Source: a virus
Direction: 5' to 3' (one strand)
IMG/VR virus record: IMGVR_UViG_3300012928_003129
Coordinates: 1 to 64,000 of that record
Length of the DNA stretch: 64,000 nucleotides
Positions 28,891 through 38,852 of this stretch are shown here, piece by piece. The notes under the pieces were generated by a model that was not told the DNA's origin, did no database searches, and was given only the letters and a program-made list of their open reading frames with translations. Within the stretch, counting starts at the first letter, position 1. Every line of letters begins with the position of its first letter. The translations under genes and the position numbers were made by a program.

Positions 28891-28940
28891 ATATAATAAA
28901 TATAATATGAAAAGCTTTATTTTTAAAAAGGAGATAAAAA

Positions 28941-29117
28941 ATGAACTTTATTTTAAGTAGTTTAACGATACTGTCCCTTTCTATTTGTGGCCCTGGTAAG
29001 CATACAATTGAGGAAACAATGGAAGTTGTTAAGCCCACAAGTCCAGAAAAAAATGAGTTAATAAAATTCAAAAAGGTTCCCACCAAATGGGTAAAAATCA
29101 CTAAAAAATCTAATTAA
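28941..29117 (+). CDS. 58-aa putative secreted or lipoprotein peptide
   Basis: Not in the ORF track. SD AAGGAG; hydrophobic N-terminus ending LSIC. Confidence 0.55.
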   Translation: MNFILSSLTILSLSICGPGKHTIEETMEVVKPTSPEKNELIKFKKVPTKWVKITKKSN

Positions 29118-29148
29118 TAGTGCTAATATAATATAAAAAGGACACATT

Positions 29149-30465
29149 TTGGCTAAAAAAACATACGTTCTAGATACAAGTGTTTATCTTACTGATTCTA
29201 ATTGCATAAATTCATTTGGAAATAATGACATTGTAATTCCACTAAAAGTTTTAGAAGAAATAGATAAACACAAAAAAAGACAGGATTCTGTAGGCTCACA
29301 AGCAAGATCTATTATAAGAAACTTAGATGCACTTAGAGATAAAGGGAGTTTATCAAAAGGCGTCCGTATAGATAAGGGAATGGGAATTGTCAAGGTGGCA
29401 AGTTACAATCCTTTGTGTTTACCAGATGATTTGGATTTGGAAGATTCAGATAATCAAATAATTGCAACAGCATTGTCGGAACAAGAGATAGCTCCAAAAT
29501 CCAGAAAAGTTGTAGTGGTATCTAGAGATATTAACATGAGGGTTAAGTGTGACGCACTCGGACTATTAACTGATGATTATAATGCAGAACAAGTAGTAGA
29601 ATCATCAGAGGGTCTCTATACCGGCCGCTCAGAAATGCTGGTTGATGAACAAGTAATTGATAAATTTTATGCAGGTGATGATATATGGATAGACAGTGAG
29701 GAACACAAACTTCACCCCAATCAGTTTGTGATGTTAATATCTAATTCAAATGATAAGAAAACAGCACTAGCGAGATTTATAAATTATAATACTCCTTTAA
29801 AGAAGATTATAAAAAGTTCAGCAAAGGTTTGGAGTACTAACCCTAGAAATAAAGAGCAGCAGTTTGCTTTTGAGCTACTAATGGACCCTAGTGTGCCGGT
29901 AGTATCACTAGTTGGCAAAGCAGGTTCAGGAAAGACGTTATTGGCACTCGCAGCCGGACTTGAGCAAACGTTTAATGCTAAAAGTTTGTATAGGAAAATA
30001 GTAGTTACAAAACCGGTCGAACCGGTGGGCAAGGACATAGGCTTTTTACCTGGTACTATGGAAGAGAAAATGATGCCTTGGTTAGCGCCAATCCAAGATA
30101 ATCTTCAATTCTTGATGGGAGACGATAAGGCAACGTTGGAAATGTATATGGATAAAGGTCAGATAGAAGTAGAGGCAATGACATTTATTAGAGGCAGGTC
30201 AATCTCGAATGCATTTATAGTTATTGATGAAGTTCAAAATATGACCCAGCACGAAATCAAAACAGTTCTGACCCGGGTCGGTGAAGGTACAAAAATTGTT
30301 CTTACTGGCGATATAGAACAGATAGATAATGTGTATATTGATGCAACTAACAATGGTCTATCTTATGTCGTAGAGAGGCTAAAAAAAGAAAGCGTCACAG
30401 GTCACGTAACTTTATTGAAAGGAGAGCGATCAAAAGTCGCAACAATCGCAGCAACAAAATTATGA
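29149..30465 (+). CDS. phoH: PIN + PhoH ATPase (PhoH2-like)
   Basis: PIN motifs VLDTSV..LEEID..SRDINMR; Walker A GKAGSGKT, IGFLPG, RGRS, DEVQN. Confidence 0.93.
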   Translation: MAKKTYVLDTSVYLTDSNCINSFGNNDIVIPLKVLEEIDKHKKRQDSVGSQARSIIRNLDALRDKGSLSKGVRIDKGMGIVKVASYNPLCLPDDLDLEDSDNQIIATALSEQEIAPKSRKVVVVSRDINMRVKCDALGLLTDDYNAEQVVESSEGLYTGRSEMLVDEQVIDKFYAGDDIWIDSEEHKLHPNQFVMLISNSNDKKTALARFINYNTPLKKIIKSSAKVWSTNPRNKEQQFAFELLMDPSVPVVSLVGKAGSGKTLLALAAGLEQTFNAKSLYRKIVVTKPVEPVGKDIGFLPGTMEEKMMPWLAPIQDNLQFLMGDDKATLEMYMDKGQIEVEAMTFIRGRSISNAFIVIDEVQNMTQHEIKTVLTRVGEGTKIVLTGDIEQIDNVYIDATNNGLSYVVERLKKESVTGHVTLLKGERSKVATIAATKL

Positions 30466-30737
30466 GAAATCCGGATTTATTAAAAGAAATTGTCCCAACC
30501 GAAACAGAGCTTAAAAGTATAATAGTTAATTATGTAGGTAATTCGCTGAACCCTGAAGATGAAAATATAACAGTTGAGCAAATTATAGAAATATTTGCAA
30601 AAGAGTTTCCAGAATTTTTATTAGCAGTAGCAGAAGAAAACTGGGTAAACGGATATACCCAGGCACTTAAAGATACAGAGGGCGTAAAAAATGACTTTAA
30701 AAAATTATATTCTGGAGAAGAAGAAAACCCAATTTAG
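30462..30737 (+). CDS. Hypothetical protein
   Basis: ORF with ATGA overlap. Confidence 0.7.
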   Translation: MRNPDLLKEIVPTETELKSIIVNYVGNSLNPEDENITVEQIIEIFAKEFPEFLLAVAEENWVNGYTQALKDTEGVKNDFKKLYSGEEENPI

Positions 30738-31356
30738 CATGGGGTCTGTACATGTGGATGTAAGGAATGCTCATCACGATGAGGTCGATTTAGCATCCGG
30801 AATAAAGACGTCTTTATCTAAGATACCTAAACATTTATTAATCGGTGTCAAAAGTATAAAAGTTGGTGATTTTGAATATCTAAATAATAGAGATATTCAG
30901 GGTATGTACAAAGACGGAGAAATATTTTTAGCTAATAACCACAAGTCGACCGAGGACCTTGTAGACGATATTGTGCATGAAGTTGCTCACTCTGTTGAAG
31001 ACAAATATTGGGATATAATATATTCTGATGGCTTGCTTGAACAGGAATTTTTAAATAAAAGAAAGCAACTGTGGCTTAAAATAAAGAAAACAAATTTTAG
31101 CTTGCCTTTAGAAAAGATGTTGAATATTGAGTATGATAGAGAACTTGATAAAATGTTTTACATTAATATAGGGTATGACTTACTGAGAACAATAACTTTT
31201 AATATATTTTATTCACCATATGCATCTACGTCCCTGAGAGAATATTTTGCAAATTCTTTCGAAGCTTTTTATATGAAAGAGCAGATACCCAGGTTAAAAA
31301 AAATAAGCCCAGTGGCATATGCCAAAAATGTCGATTTGTTAAATTTAGGAGAATAA
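30691..31356 (+). CDS. Zincin-like metalloprotease
   Basis: HEVAH ... EYFANSFE. Confidence 0.65.
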   Translation: MTLKNYILEKKKTQFSMGSVHVDVRNAHHDEVDLASGIKTSLSKIPKHLLIGVKSIKVGDFEYLNNRDIQGMYKDGEIFLANNHKSTEDLVDDIVHEVAHSVEDKYWDIIYSDGLLEQEFLNKRKQLWLKIKKTNFSLPLEKMLNIEYDRELDKMFYINIGYDLLRTITFNIFYSPYASTSLREYFANSFEAFYMKEQIPRLKKISPVAYAKNVDLLNLGE

Positions 31357-31358
31357 GT

Positions 31359-31709
31359 ATGGAAATAGAAAATATTGTATATGTTCAAAGCGTAGATATT
31401 GATAAAAATATTATCACCATAAAAGCAAGGATGGAGATTAAAAAATACGCCAAAGATAAAAAAATAGTTCTAACAACAAGACACATAGTCGAAGCACTTG
31501 AGAAAGATTTCACTATAATAGAAAAACTAAAAGAATCTAAGATATCAAACTGGAACAAGGCAAACTGTGATTACACTAGAGATGGCGTATGGCAATTCAA
31601 GGTAAAGAAAAAGACAAAAACAAAGAAAAAGGTTGAAAGTACTAGACCTAAAGCATCAATCCGTGGTAGAATGAGTAAGATAGCAAAAGATAAAATAGGA
31701 AACTCATGA
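31359..31709 (+). CDS. Hypothetical basic protein
   Basis: ORF with SD AGGAG. Confidence 0.7.
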   Translation: MEIENIVYVQSVDIDKNIITIKARMEIKKYAKDKKIVLTTRHIVEALEKDFTIIEKLKESKISNWNKANCDYTRDGVWQFKVKKKTKTKKKVESTRPKASIRGRMSKIAKDKIGNS

Positions 31710-32491
31710 ACCAAGAAATAAAGAGAATAAGTTTTTCAGAATTAAAAAACTGGAAAGAATGCCCCTATAGACACAAGCTAATATACGTTGACAAATTACC
31801 TCATTTTGAAGGAAATGAATACACCGCTTTTGGAACAGCAATTCATACTATGTGTGAACAAGTTATTCCAAGTAATTCAACCACCGCGACCCAAGTATTT
31901 GAAGAAGCCTTTTCTAGAGAAATACAAATATTATCTGAAAATGGAAAACAACTTAATCAAGACTTGATAAGAGACATGGAAAGCCAAGCAACACAGATAT
32001 GTGAGCAGGTTTTGCCGGCTGTTAAGCAACATTTTGGGATATTTGAGGTAGTTTCAGTAGAGGAGCAGATTTTAGAGCCAATTAGAGAATTCGATTCATA
32101 TGGAACTAGCTTTAAAGGTTTTATAGATATGGTAATAAAGACACCAGACGAAAAATACCATATCATTGACTGGAAGACTTGCTCGTGGGGTTGGTCGAGA
32201 GATAAAAAATCTGATCCTTTAACAAATTACCAGTTAACCTATTATAAAAATTATTTCTCAAAAAAGCACAATATTGACCCAAAAAAGATAGAAACTTATT
32301 TTGTACTACTTAAGAGAACAGCAAAGAAGGACAATGTAGAGGTTTTTAGAGTAACGTCTGGACAAAAAAAGACAGAGAACTCCTTAAAAGTTTTACAAAA
32401 TGCTGTTATAAACATAGAGAAAGGTATCCATATAAAAAATCGCCTTAATTGCAAATATTGCAAATTTTACAAAACAGAGTATTGCCCATGA
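31706..32491 (+). CDS. PD-(D/E)xK (RecB/Cas4-like) exonuclease with Fe-S cysteines
   Basis: CPY, GTAIH, GFID, IDWKT, QLTYY, CKYC..CP. Confidence 0.88.
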   Translation: MNQEIKRISFSELKNWKECPYRHKLIYVDKLPHFEGNEYTAFGTAIHTMCEQVIPSNSTTATQVFEEAFSREIQILSENGKQLNQDLIRDMESQATQICEQVLPAVKQHFGIFEVVSVEEQILEPIREFDSYGTSFKGFIDMVIKTPDEKYHIIDWKTCSWGWSRDKKSDPLTNYQLTYYKNYFSKKHNIDPKKIETYFVLLKRTAKKDNVEVFRVTSGQKKTENSLKVLQNAVINIEKGIHIKNRLNCKYCKFYKTEYCP

Positions 32492-33744
32492 CAGAAAAGA
32501 AAAAGATATTAGTAATTGCAGATTCACCTCTAGTGCCATCTGGCGTAGGAACACAGACCAAGTATATGATTGAAGCCATGTTGAGAACAGGAGAATTTAA
32601 ATTTTTCTGTTTAGCCGGAGCTATTCGACATCAAGACTACAGACTTCAGAAAGTTGGCGACTGGGGAGAGGATTGGTTAATACAGCCAGTTGATGGATAT
32701 GGCAATGAACAAATCGTAAGACAAATAATCCAAGATTATAAGCCAGACATTCTTTGGTTTATGACTGATCCACGTTTTTATGTTTGGTTGTGGGACATGT
32801 CATCAGAGATAAGAAAGCAAGTACCATTGGTTTATTATCATGTTTGGGACAATTATCCACCTCCTTTTTACAATAAAAAATACTATGATTCAAATGATAT
32901 GGTTTGTACAATCAGTAAAGTAACTGACGATATAGTCAAGATAGTATCTCCACAGGTCAATAGAGTCAGAATTCCACATACAGTTGACACTAATATTTTT
33001 AGCAAAAAAGATGAGGCCTCTAATAATTTATTTAGAGAAAAGATCACAGACAACCATGAAGACAAAGTGATATTTTTTTGGAATAATAGAAATGCAAGAA
33101 GAAAGCAGTCTGGATCATTAATTTTTTGGTTCAAAACATTTCTTGACAAGATTGGTCACGATAAGGCAGTGCTAATTATGCATACAGAGCCAAAAGACCC
33201 CAACGGCCAAGACTTGATTGCTATCATGGATAATCTAGGTCTTGTTGATGGTCAAGTTCTAATTTCAACTCAAAAAATGCCACCTGAAGATCTGGCTTCT
33301 GTTTATAGTGCGGCAGATTGTACAATAAACATATCAGATGCAGAAGGTTTCGGTTTGGCTACATTAGAATCACTAGCTGCTGAGACTCCAATCATTGTAA
33401 ATATGACCGGAGGACTACAAGAGCAGGTAACGAACGGCGATCAATGGTTTGGTATAGGTATTGAACCCACTTCAAAAGCAATTATTGGTTCACAAGATGT
33501 TCCATATATCTATGAAGATAGAACCAGCGAAGAAAGGGTAGTTGACGCCTTAATGAAGGTTTATAACATGACAAAGGAAGAAAGGGCACAGATGGGTAAA
33601 GCAGGCCGCCAACATGTATTAGATAATTATGGTTTCTCTCAGTATTCGGGAATGTGGTACCAAGCATTGAACAAGGTCATTGAAGATTGTGGTTCTTGGG
33701 AAAATAGAAAAAACTATAAACACTGGAGTGTTGAGGAATTATAA
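32488..33744 (+). CDS. GT4-type glycosyltransferase
   Basis: NRNARRK, EGFGLATLE; start reassigned to the ATGA overlap. Confidence 0.88.
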   Translation: MTEKKKILVIADSPLVPSGVGTQTKYMIEAMLRTGEFKFFCLAGAIRHQDYRLQKVGDWGEDWLIQPVDGYGNEQIVRQIIQDYKPDILWFMTDPRFYVWLWDMSSEIRKQVPLVYYHVWDNYPPPFYNKKYYDSNDMVCTISKVTDDIVKIVSPQVNRVRIPHTVDTNIFSKKDEASNNLFREKITDNHEDKVIFFWNNRNARRKQSGSLIFWFKTFLDKIGHDKAVLIMHTEPKDPNGQDLIAIMDNLGLVDGQVLISTQKMPPEDLASVYSAADCTINISDAEGFGLATLESLAAETPIIVNMTGGLQEQVTNGDQWFGIGIEPTSKAIIGSQDVPYIYEDRTSEERVVDALMKVYNMTKEERAQMGKAGRQHVLDNYGFSQYSGMWYQALNKVIEDCGSWENRKNYKHWSVEEL

Positions 33745-35009
33745 TGAAAATATTATTAGAGTCACCAATTTTTACTCAATCTGGGTACGGAGAACATTCT
33801 AGATTGGTTTATCGGGCCCTTAAATTGCAAGACGGAGTTGATATATATGTGAACCCATTAAATTGGGGGACAACCTCTTGGGCATCTTCGTTGTCTTCAA
33901 GCGAAAAAGAAGAGATCGTCGAGAATATTAAAAAGTTAGGACAGTATACACAATCCTGCAAAGAGCAAAACACGAATCTATCATTTGATGTTCAAATCCA
34001 TGTAGGTATTCCCTCTGAGTTTGAAAAAAAAGCACCATATTCAATTTGTGTAACCGCCGGTATAGAAACAGACAGGGTCAGCGCGGAATGGCTCTTTAGA
34101 ACCCACAAGGGCATAGATAAGTTGATTGTACCATCGCAGCACGCAAAGAACGGATTCGAGAAAACATCATATGAAGTCCAGAATAATGTAACTCAACAGA
34201 AGACAATACTTGAATGTGCAAGTAAGGTAGAAGTGGTCCCCTATCCAGTAAAGGAGATTGAGACAGTACCATTAGACTTCAAAACCACGACAGATTTTAA
34301 TTTCCTTGCAGTTGCTCTACTGGGCCCAAGAAAAAACATAGAAAATACCATAAAATGGTTTTGTGAAGAATTCAAAGATGAAAATGTCGGATTAATAATC
34401 AAGACTGGATTTTCAAAAGGTGGTCCGATAGACAAAGAAAAAACAGTAGAACACTTAATGAAGACAGTGCCAAATTCATCTGAAAGAAAATGTAAGGTTT
34501 ATCTACTTCATGGAGATTTAGAGGAAGCAGAGATACATTCTTTATATAATAGAGAAGACGTCGGAGCTTTTATAACAGCAACACACGGAGAAGGCTATGG
34601 TTTGCCGGTTTTCGAGGCAGCATACCATGGTTTACCTATAGTAGCCACTGATTGGTCTGCACATGTCGAATTCCTCTCAGCAGAATATAAAGAAGGTGGC
34701 AAGATCAAAAACAAAAAATTATTTGCAAAAGTAGATTATGACTTAAAACCAATTCCGAGAGAGGTCGTGTGGAAAGATATTTTAATTGAAGGATCCCAGT
34801 GGTCTTACCCAAAAGAGAAGTTATTTAAAAAGCAATTAAGAAACGTTTATAGAGATAACGGTATGTATAAAAAGTGGGCTAAAGTCTTGCAGGAAAGCAT
34901 TAAAGAAAACTATAAGCAAGACAAGGTTTTAGATCATATGAATAAAACAATTTTTGAACATATCGGAAATATCTCCAGTTCAGAGGACATCGATGTCGTC
35001 GTTCTATAG
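33744..35009 (+). CDS. GT4-type glycosyltransferase
   Basis: SGYG, PRKN, GEGYGLPVFEA. Confidence 0.88.
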   Translation: MKILLESPIFTQSGYGEHSRLVYRALKLQDGVDIYVNPLNWGTTSWASSLSSSEKEEIVENIKKLGQYTQSCKEQNTNLSFDVQIHVGIPSEFEKKAPYSICVTAGIETDRVSAEWLFRTHKGIDKLIVPSQHAKNGFEKTSYEVQNNVTQQKTILECASKVEVVPYPVKEIETVPLDFKTTTDFNFLAVALLGPRKNIENTIKWFCEEFKDENVGLIIKTGFSKGGPIDKEKTVEHLMKTVPNSSERKCKVYLLHGDLEEAEIHSLYNREDVGAFITATHGEGYGLPVFEAAYHGLPIVATDWSAHVEFLSAEYKEGGKIKNKKLFAKVDYDLKPIPREVVWKDILIEGSQWSYPKEKLFKKQLRNVYRDNGMYKKWAKVLQESIKENYKQDKVLDHMNKTIFEHIGNISSSEDIDVVVL

Positions 35010-36048
35010 GTGCAGTTTTTTTCAAGAACCACAAATCAAAGATTATGAATCTTTTAATGTGTCACAAGAGCAAATAGTCTTTCAAAGAATGTCTGATTCT
35101 GAATCAAGCAAAGCTATTTTTGAAAAACATGAAACAAACTATGCTTGTAGTTTTTTAAAATCTGAAAACTTTGACGAAAACTTACCAGCAGTATTAATAC
35201 CTATAAGAGATAACCACGAATTACTTTCATATACTTTGGCTAATCTTGAGTCGTGTAACATACACAAACACTCAAACATATTAGTTGTAGATGACCGGTC
35301 AAAAGAAAACATTAAAGACATTTGTCTAAAACACCAAGTCAGTTATCTTAGGGTAGACACAGAATCTGGTTTTAACTTTTCAATGTTAAATAATATACCA
35401 GCTAAAATATGCAGTGATCTAGGCCTGACAACAATTATTATGTGGAATTCAGATTTGTGGTGCGAGAGCGAAGAATTTTTTTTGGAGCTTCTATACAGGC
35501 ACCATAGCCATGGCTCTAAAGTGTCAGGTTCTAAGTTACTTTACCCTCCTTTATCAAAAAGCATGAATAAAGAGCAAGATTCTGAAAACATAAAAAACCA
35601 CTTCCCTTCTCTTTTAGGCGGCCACTGGAGAGGTACAGTGCAATTTGGAGGAGATTATTGGATTCATAACCCAGGAAATTCTTTTGTTAAATATTCTCCG
35701 ATTCATCACAAAAGGTTTACAAATAAGGATAATCCTTTAGTTAATTGCGATAGGGGAAGTATATGTCTGACCGGGGCTTTGCATGTTTGGGATTTAGAAT
35801 ATTTTATATCTTTAGGTGGTTTTAATCCGAGCCTCCCTAAAATATTTCAAGATAACGATATTTGTCTTAGAGTCATAGAGCAAGGTGGTTCAGTGTGGTA
35901 TTTTGGTAGAGATTTGCATTTTTACCATGATGAATCACTAACTAAATTTACTTTAAAAGACCACAGTAAAAATGACAAACAAAACTTTAGCGATAACTTG
36001 CTTTTTGGTAAAATATGGAATGAAAAGATAGAGAGAGTGATATTATGA
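34993..36048 (+). CDS. GT2-type glycosyltransferase
   Basis: VLIP, VVDDRS, NSD, QDNDICLR. Confidence 0.8.
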   Translation: MSSFYRCSFFQEPQIKDYESFNVSQEQIVFQRMSDSESSKAIFEKHETNYACSFLKSENFDENLPAVLIPIRDNHELLSYTLANLESCNIHKHSNILVVDDRSKENIKDICLKHQVSYLRVDTESGFNFSMLNNIPAKICSDLGLTTIIMWNSDLWCESEEFFLELLYRHHSHGSKVSGSKLLYPPLSKSMNKEQDSENIKNHFPSLLGGHWRGTVQFGGDYWIHNPGNSFVKYSPIHHKRFTNKDNPLVNCDRGSICLTGALHVWDLEYFISLGGFNPSLPKIFQDNDICLRVIEQGGSVWYFGRDLHFYHDESLTKFTLKDHSKNDKQNFSDNLLFGKIWNEKIERVIL

Positions 36049-36581
36049 AAGAACCAATATTAATCGAGGGTCTGAGAATTTTTGAAGATAATAGAGGCTG
36101 TTTTTTTGAATCTTATAAGCAATCTGTATTTCAAGAGACTTATGGGATTAGTAAAGAATTTGTACAAGATAATCATTCATATTCTGTAAAAAATACAATA
36201 AGAGGTTTACATTATCAGTGGGACGGCCCAATGGGCAAATTAGTCAGAGCAGCATCTGGCACGGTAAAGGATGTAATAGTCGATATAAGAAAAGAATCTA
36301 ATAATTATGGCAAGAGTTATTCATATATATTGAGCGCTGATAATAATAATCAATTATATGTGCCCCCTGGGTTTGCACACGGCTTTGTGTGTCTTTCTGA
36401 AGAGGCTGTTGTTTTGTATAAGTGCACAGAGGAATATAACAACTTGGGCGAATCCGGTATAAACCCTTTCGATAAAGATTTAAGAATAGATTGGGGTATC
36501 AAAAGAGAGAAAGCCGTAATATCAGAGAAAGATGCATCCGCTCAAACGTTTCTAGAATATTCACAGTTACCAAGGTTTTGA
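36045..36581 (+). CDS. rmlC: dTDP-4-dehydrorhamnose 3,5-epimerase
   Basis: DNRGCFFE, QDNHS, RGLHYQ, PGFAHGF, ISEKD. Confidence 0.93.
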   Translation: MKEPILIEGLRIFEDNRGCFFESYKQSVFQETYGISKEFVQDNHSYSVKNTIRGLHYQWDGPMGKLVRAASGTVKDVIVDIRKESNNYGKSYSYILSADNNNQLYVPPGFAHGFVCLSEEAVVLYKCTEEYNNLGESGINPFDKDLRIDWGIKREKAVISEKDASAQTFLEYSQLPRF

Positions 36582-36590
36582 GGTTAGTCT

Positions 36591-37238
36591 ATGAAGAAGC
36601 TTGAATTAATAAACGTATTTCAGTATTCTACTGAGAAATATCCCTTTAGGGAATGTGTACAAGACATAATAAAACAAGATGACTTAGAAAATTTGCACAA
36701 AAATTTTGATTTTTATCTTTTGGAAAGAGAAAAAGATCAAACAACAAGTTTTCATAAAAGTTTTTATTCAAATTACAAAGGTAGTAAATTTGAAAGCATG
36801 TATGAGGCGTTTATTAAAGAATATGTAACAGACTTATTAGAGACCAGTGTAATTAACCAGGCAAAACCAACTTTTAGAGTTCACATGCATGACAATTTGG
36901 GTGTGGGAGAGTTTCACAAAGACAGCGATTATGATCATCCGATTGAAGAAATTAATTTTCTTATTCCTGTTACAGAAGCAAAACAAAACTCAACAATATG
37001 GATAGAATCTGCCCCGGATAAAAATGATTTTTCGCCTATTGATTTGAATTATGGAGACTGTATGATCTTCCGCGGCGGCCTCTTAAAGCATGGAAATAAA
37101 ATAAACAATACTGGTCAAACACGAGTATCGTTTGATTTTAGAGTTATACCCATGGACCACTTTAAGCCCTCGACAGCTGGGTCCATAAATACTGGCTTGA
37201 AATTTGAGATAGGCGAATATTATAATTTTTTAAAATAA
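36591..37238 (+). CDS. 2OG-Fe(II) dioxygenase-like protein
   Basis: FHKD, LKHGN, TRVSFDFR. Confidence 0.75.
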   Translation: MKKLELINVFQYSTEKYPFRECVQDIIKQDDLENLHKNFDFYLLEREKDQTTSFHKSFYSNYKGSKFESMYEAFIKEYVTDLLETSVINQAKPTFRVHMHDNLGVGEFHKDSDYDHPIEEINFLIPVTEAKQNSTIWIESAPDKNDFSPIDLNYGDCMIFRGGLLKHGNKINNTGQTRVSFDFRVIPMDHFKPSTAGSINTGLKFEIGEYYNFLK

Positions 37239-37253
37239 TTTGGAGTTTTAGAT

Positions 37254-38156
37254 ATGAGTAGTGTAAAAAAGATTATTGTTACTGGCGGCCGAGGATTCAT
37301 CGGTAGCCATTTTGTTGAGAAAGCATTAGAAAGAGGAATGATTGTTTATGACATAGATAAAATGACATATGCCTCCAATCCAGAATTACCTTGGGATAAT
37401 CACAGAAACTATACACTTATTAAAAAAGATATAAGTGAAATTAATTATTTACCACCGTGTGATGTTATAGTTAATTTTGCAGCAGAAAGTCACGTTGATA
37501 ATTCAATTAGAATATCTGATGTGTTTGTGAAGAGTAATATTATAGGAGTGCATAATCTTTTAGAATTGATCAGAAACAAGCCTTCTTATGAACGTCCTCT
37601 ATTTTTTCAAATAAGCACTGATGAAGTTTACGGTGATTTGCTAAAGGGCCACTTTGTCGAAGAAGATAAGTTGACACCTTCTAATCCATACTCCGCAACT
37701 AAGGCCGCTGCAGAAATGCTTCTGTTATCATATCATCGCACTTACGGTATAGACTATATTATAACCAGAAGCGGAAATAACTATGGTGAGAGGCAGTTTG
37801 AAGAGAAACTAATACCAAAGTGTATATCTTCTATAAAAGAAGGAAAGAAGATACCAGTTCACGGTGATGGATCTTATGTCAGAGATTGGACATATGTAGA
37901 AGATAATGTTGATGGCTTGTTTGATATTATTGATGCCGGAATTAAAAATGAGACTTTTAATATTGCTGCGGAAAATTATCTCACAAATCTTGAAGTTGTT
38001 AATACAATAATTGACTGGCTTGGTCAAGGAGAGTATTCCTTCGTAGAGAATAGAAAGGGTCAAGATCTTAGATATGCAGCTAGTGCTGAGAAAGTAAAGA
38101 ACATTGGCTGGAAACCAAAGCACATCAAGGGATTATATAAATGGAAAGAGTTTTAA
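37254..38156 (+). CDS. rmlB: dTDP-glucose 4,6-dehydratase
   Basis: GGRGFIG, AAESHVDNS, STDEVYG, YSATK, NNYG. Confidence 0.93.
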   Translation: MSSVKKIIVTGGRGFIGSHFVEKALERGMIVYDIDKMTYASNPELPWDNHRNYTLIKKDISEINYLPPCDVIVNFAAESHVDNSIRISDVFVKSNIIGVHNLLELIRNKPSYERPLFFQISTDEVYGDLLKGHFVEEDKLTPSNPYSATKAAAEMLLLSYHRTYGIDYIITRSGNNYGERQFEEKLIPKCISSIKEGKKIPVHGDGSYVRDWTYVEDNVDGLFDIIDAGIKNETFNIAAENYLTNLEVVNTIIDWLGQGEYSFVENRKGQDLRYAASAEKVKNIGWKPKHIKGLYKWKEF

Positions 38157-38842
38157 TAACTGGGGCCACTGGCCTATTGGGTAAAAACATATTATCAATT
38201 ATCGATAAAAGCAAGTATGAGGTCCTATCTCCATCATCCCTTCAGATGAATATCAAAGATATACAAAGTATAAAACAATACTTCAACGAGCGCAAAATAA
38301 ACATATGTATTCACAGTGCTGCCCTAACTAATGTTGGTGATATAGAAAAAGACATTAAAATTACCCAAGAAGCAATTTATACTAACACTGTCGGAACAGC
38401 AAATATATTGATGTGTTGTATGGAGAGTGGCACAAAAATGGTTTATATTTCAACTGATCACGTCTTTGACGGTAAAAAGGGGAATTACACAGAGAAAGAT
38501 AAGATTAATCCTCTGAGCAAATACGCAAAAACAAAAGCAGCAGGAGAACTTTTAGTGCGTACATATCATAATAGCTTAGTAATTCGCACGTCATTTTTTG
38601 GAGAGAAATTTCCATATGAAAAAGCATTTACAGACCAGTGGAGTAGTAAAGACTATATTGATGTAATGGCTCCTAAAATTTTACAAACCTGCCTTTCAAC
38701 ATCGGTTGGGATTGAGCATGTTTATTCAAAAAGGCGAACACTACATGAAATAGCGACCTACAGAGGAGATAAAGTAGAAAAGATTAAAATGGCTGATCTG
38801 GGAAGCGCCATTCCAAGACCGATAGATACAAGTTTGAATTAA
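38141..38842 (+). CDS. rmlD: dTDP-4-dehydrorhamnose reductase-like protein
   Basis: GATGLLG, ISTDHVFDG, YAKTK. Confidence 0.85.
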   Translation: MERVLITGATGLLGKNILSIIDKSKYEVLSPSSLQMNIKDIQSIKQYFNERKINICIHSAALTNVGDIEKDIKITQEAIYTNTVGTANILMCCMESGTKMVYISTDHVFDGKKGNYTEKDKINPLSKYAKTKAAGELLVRTYHNSLVIRTSFFGEKFPYEKAFTDQWSSKDYIDVMAPKILQTCLSTSVGIEHVYSKRRTLHEIATYRGDKVEKIKMADLGSAIPRPIDTSLN

Positions 38843-38852
38843 GGAAATTAAT

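Noticed and set aside
31706-32491. Cas4 suggesting a CRISPR-Cas locus
   Set aside because: No repeat-spacer array or other cas genes were seen. Stand-alone PD-(D/E)xK nucleases are common in phages.
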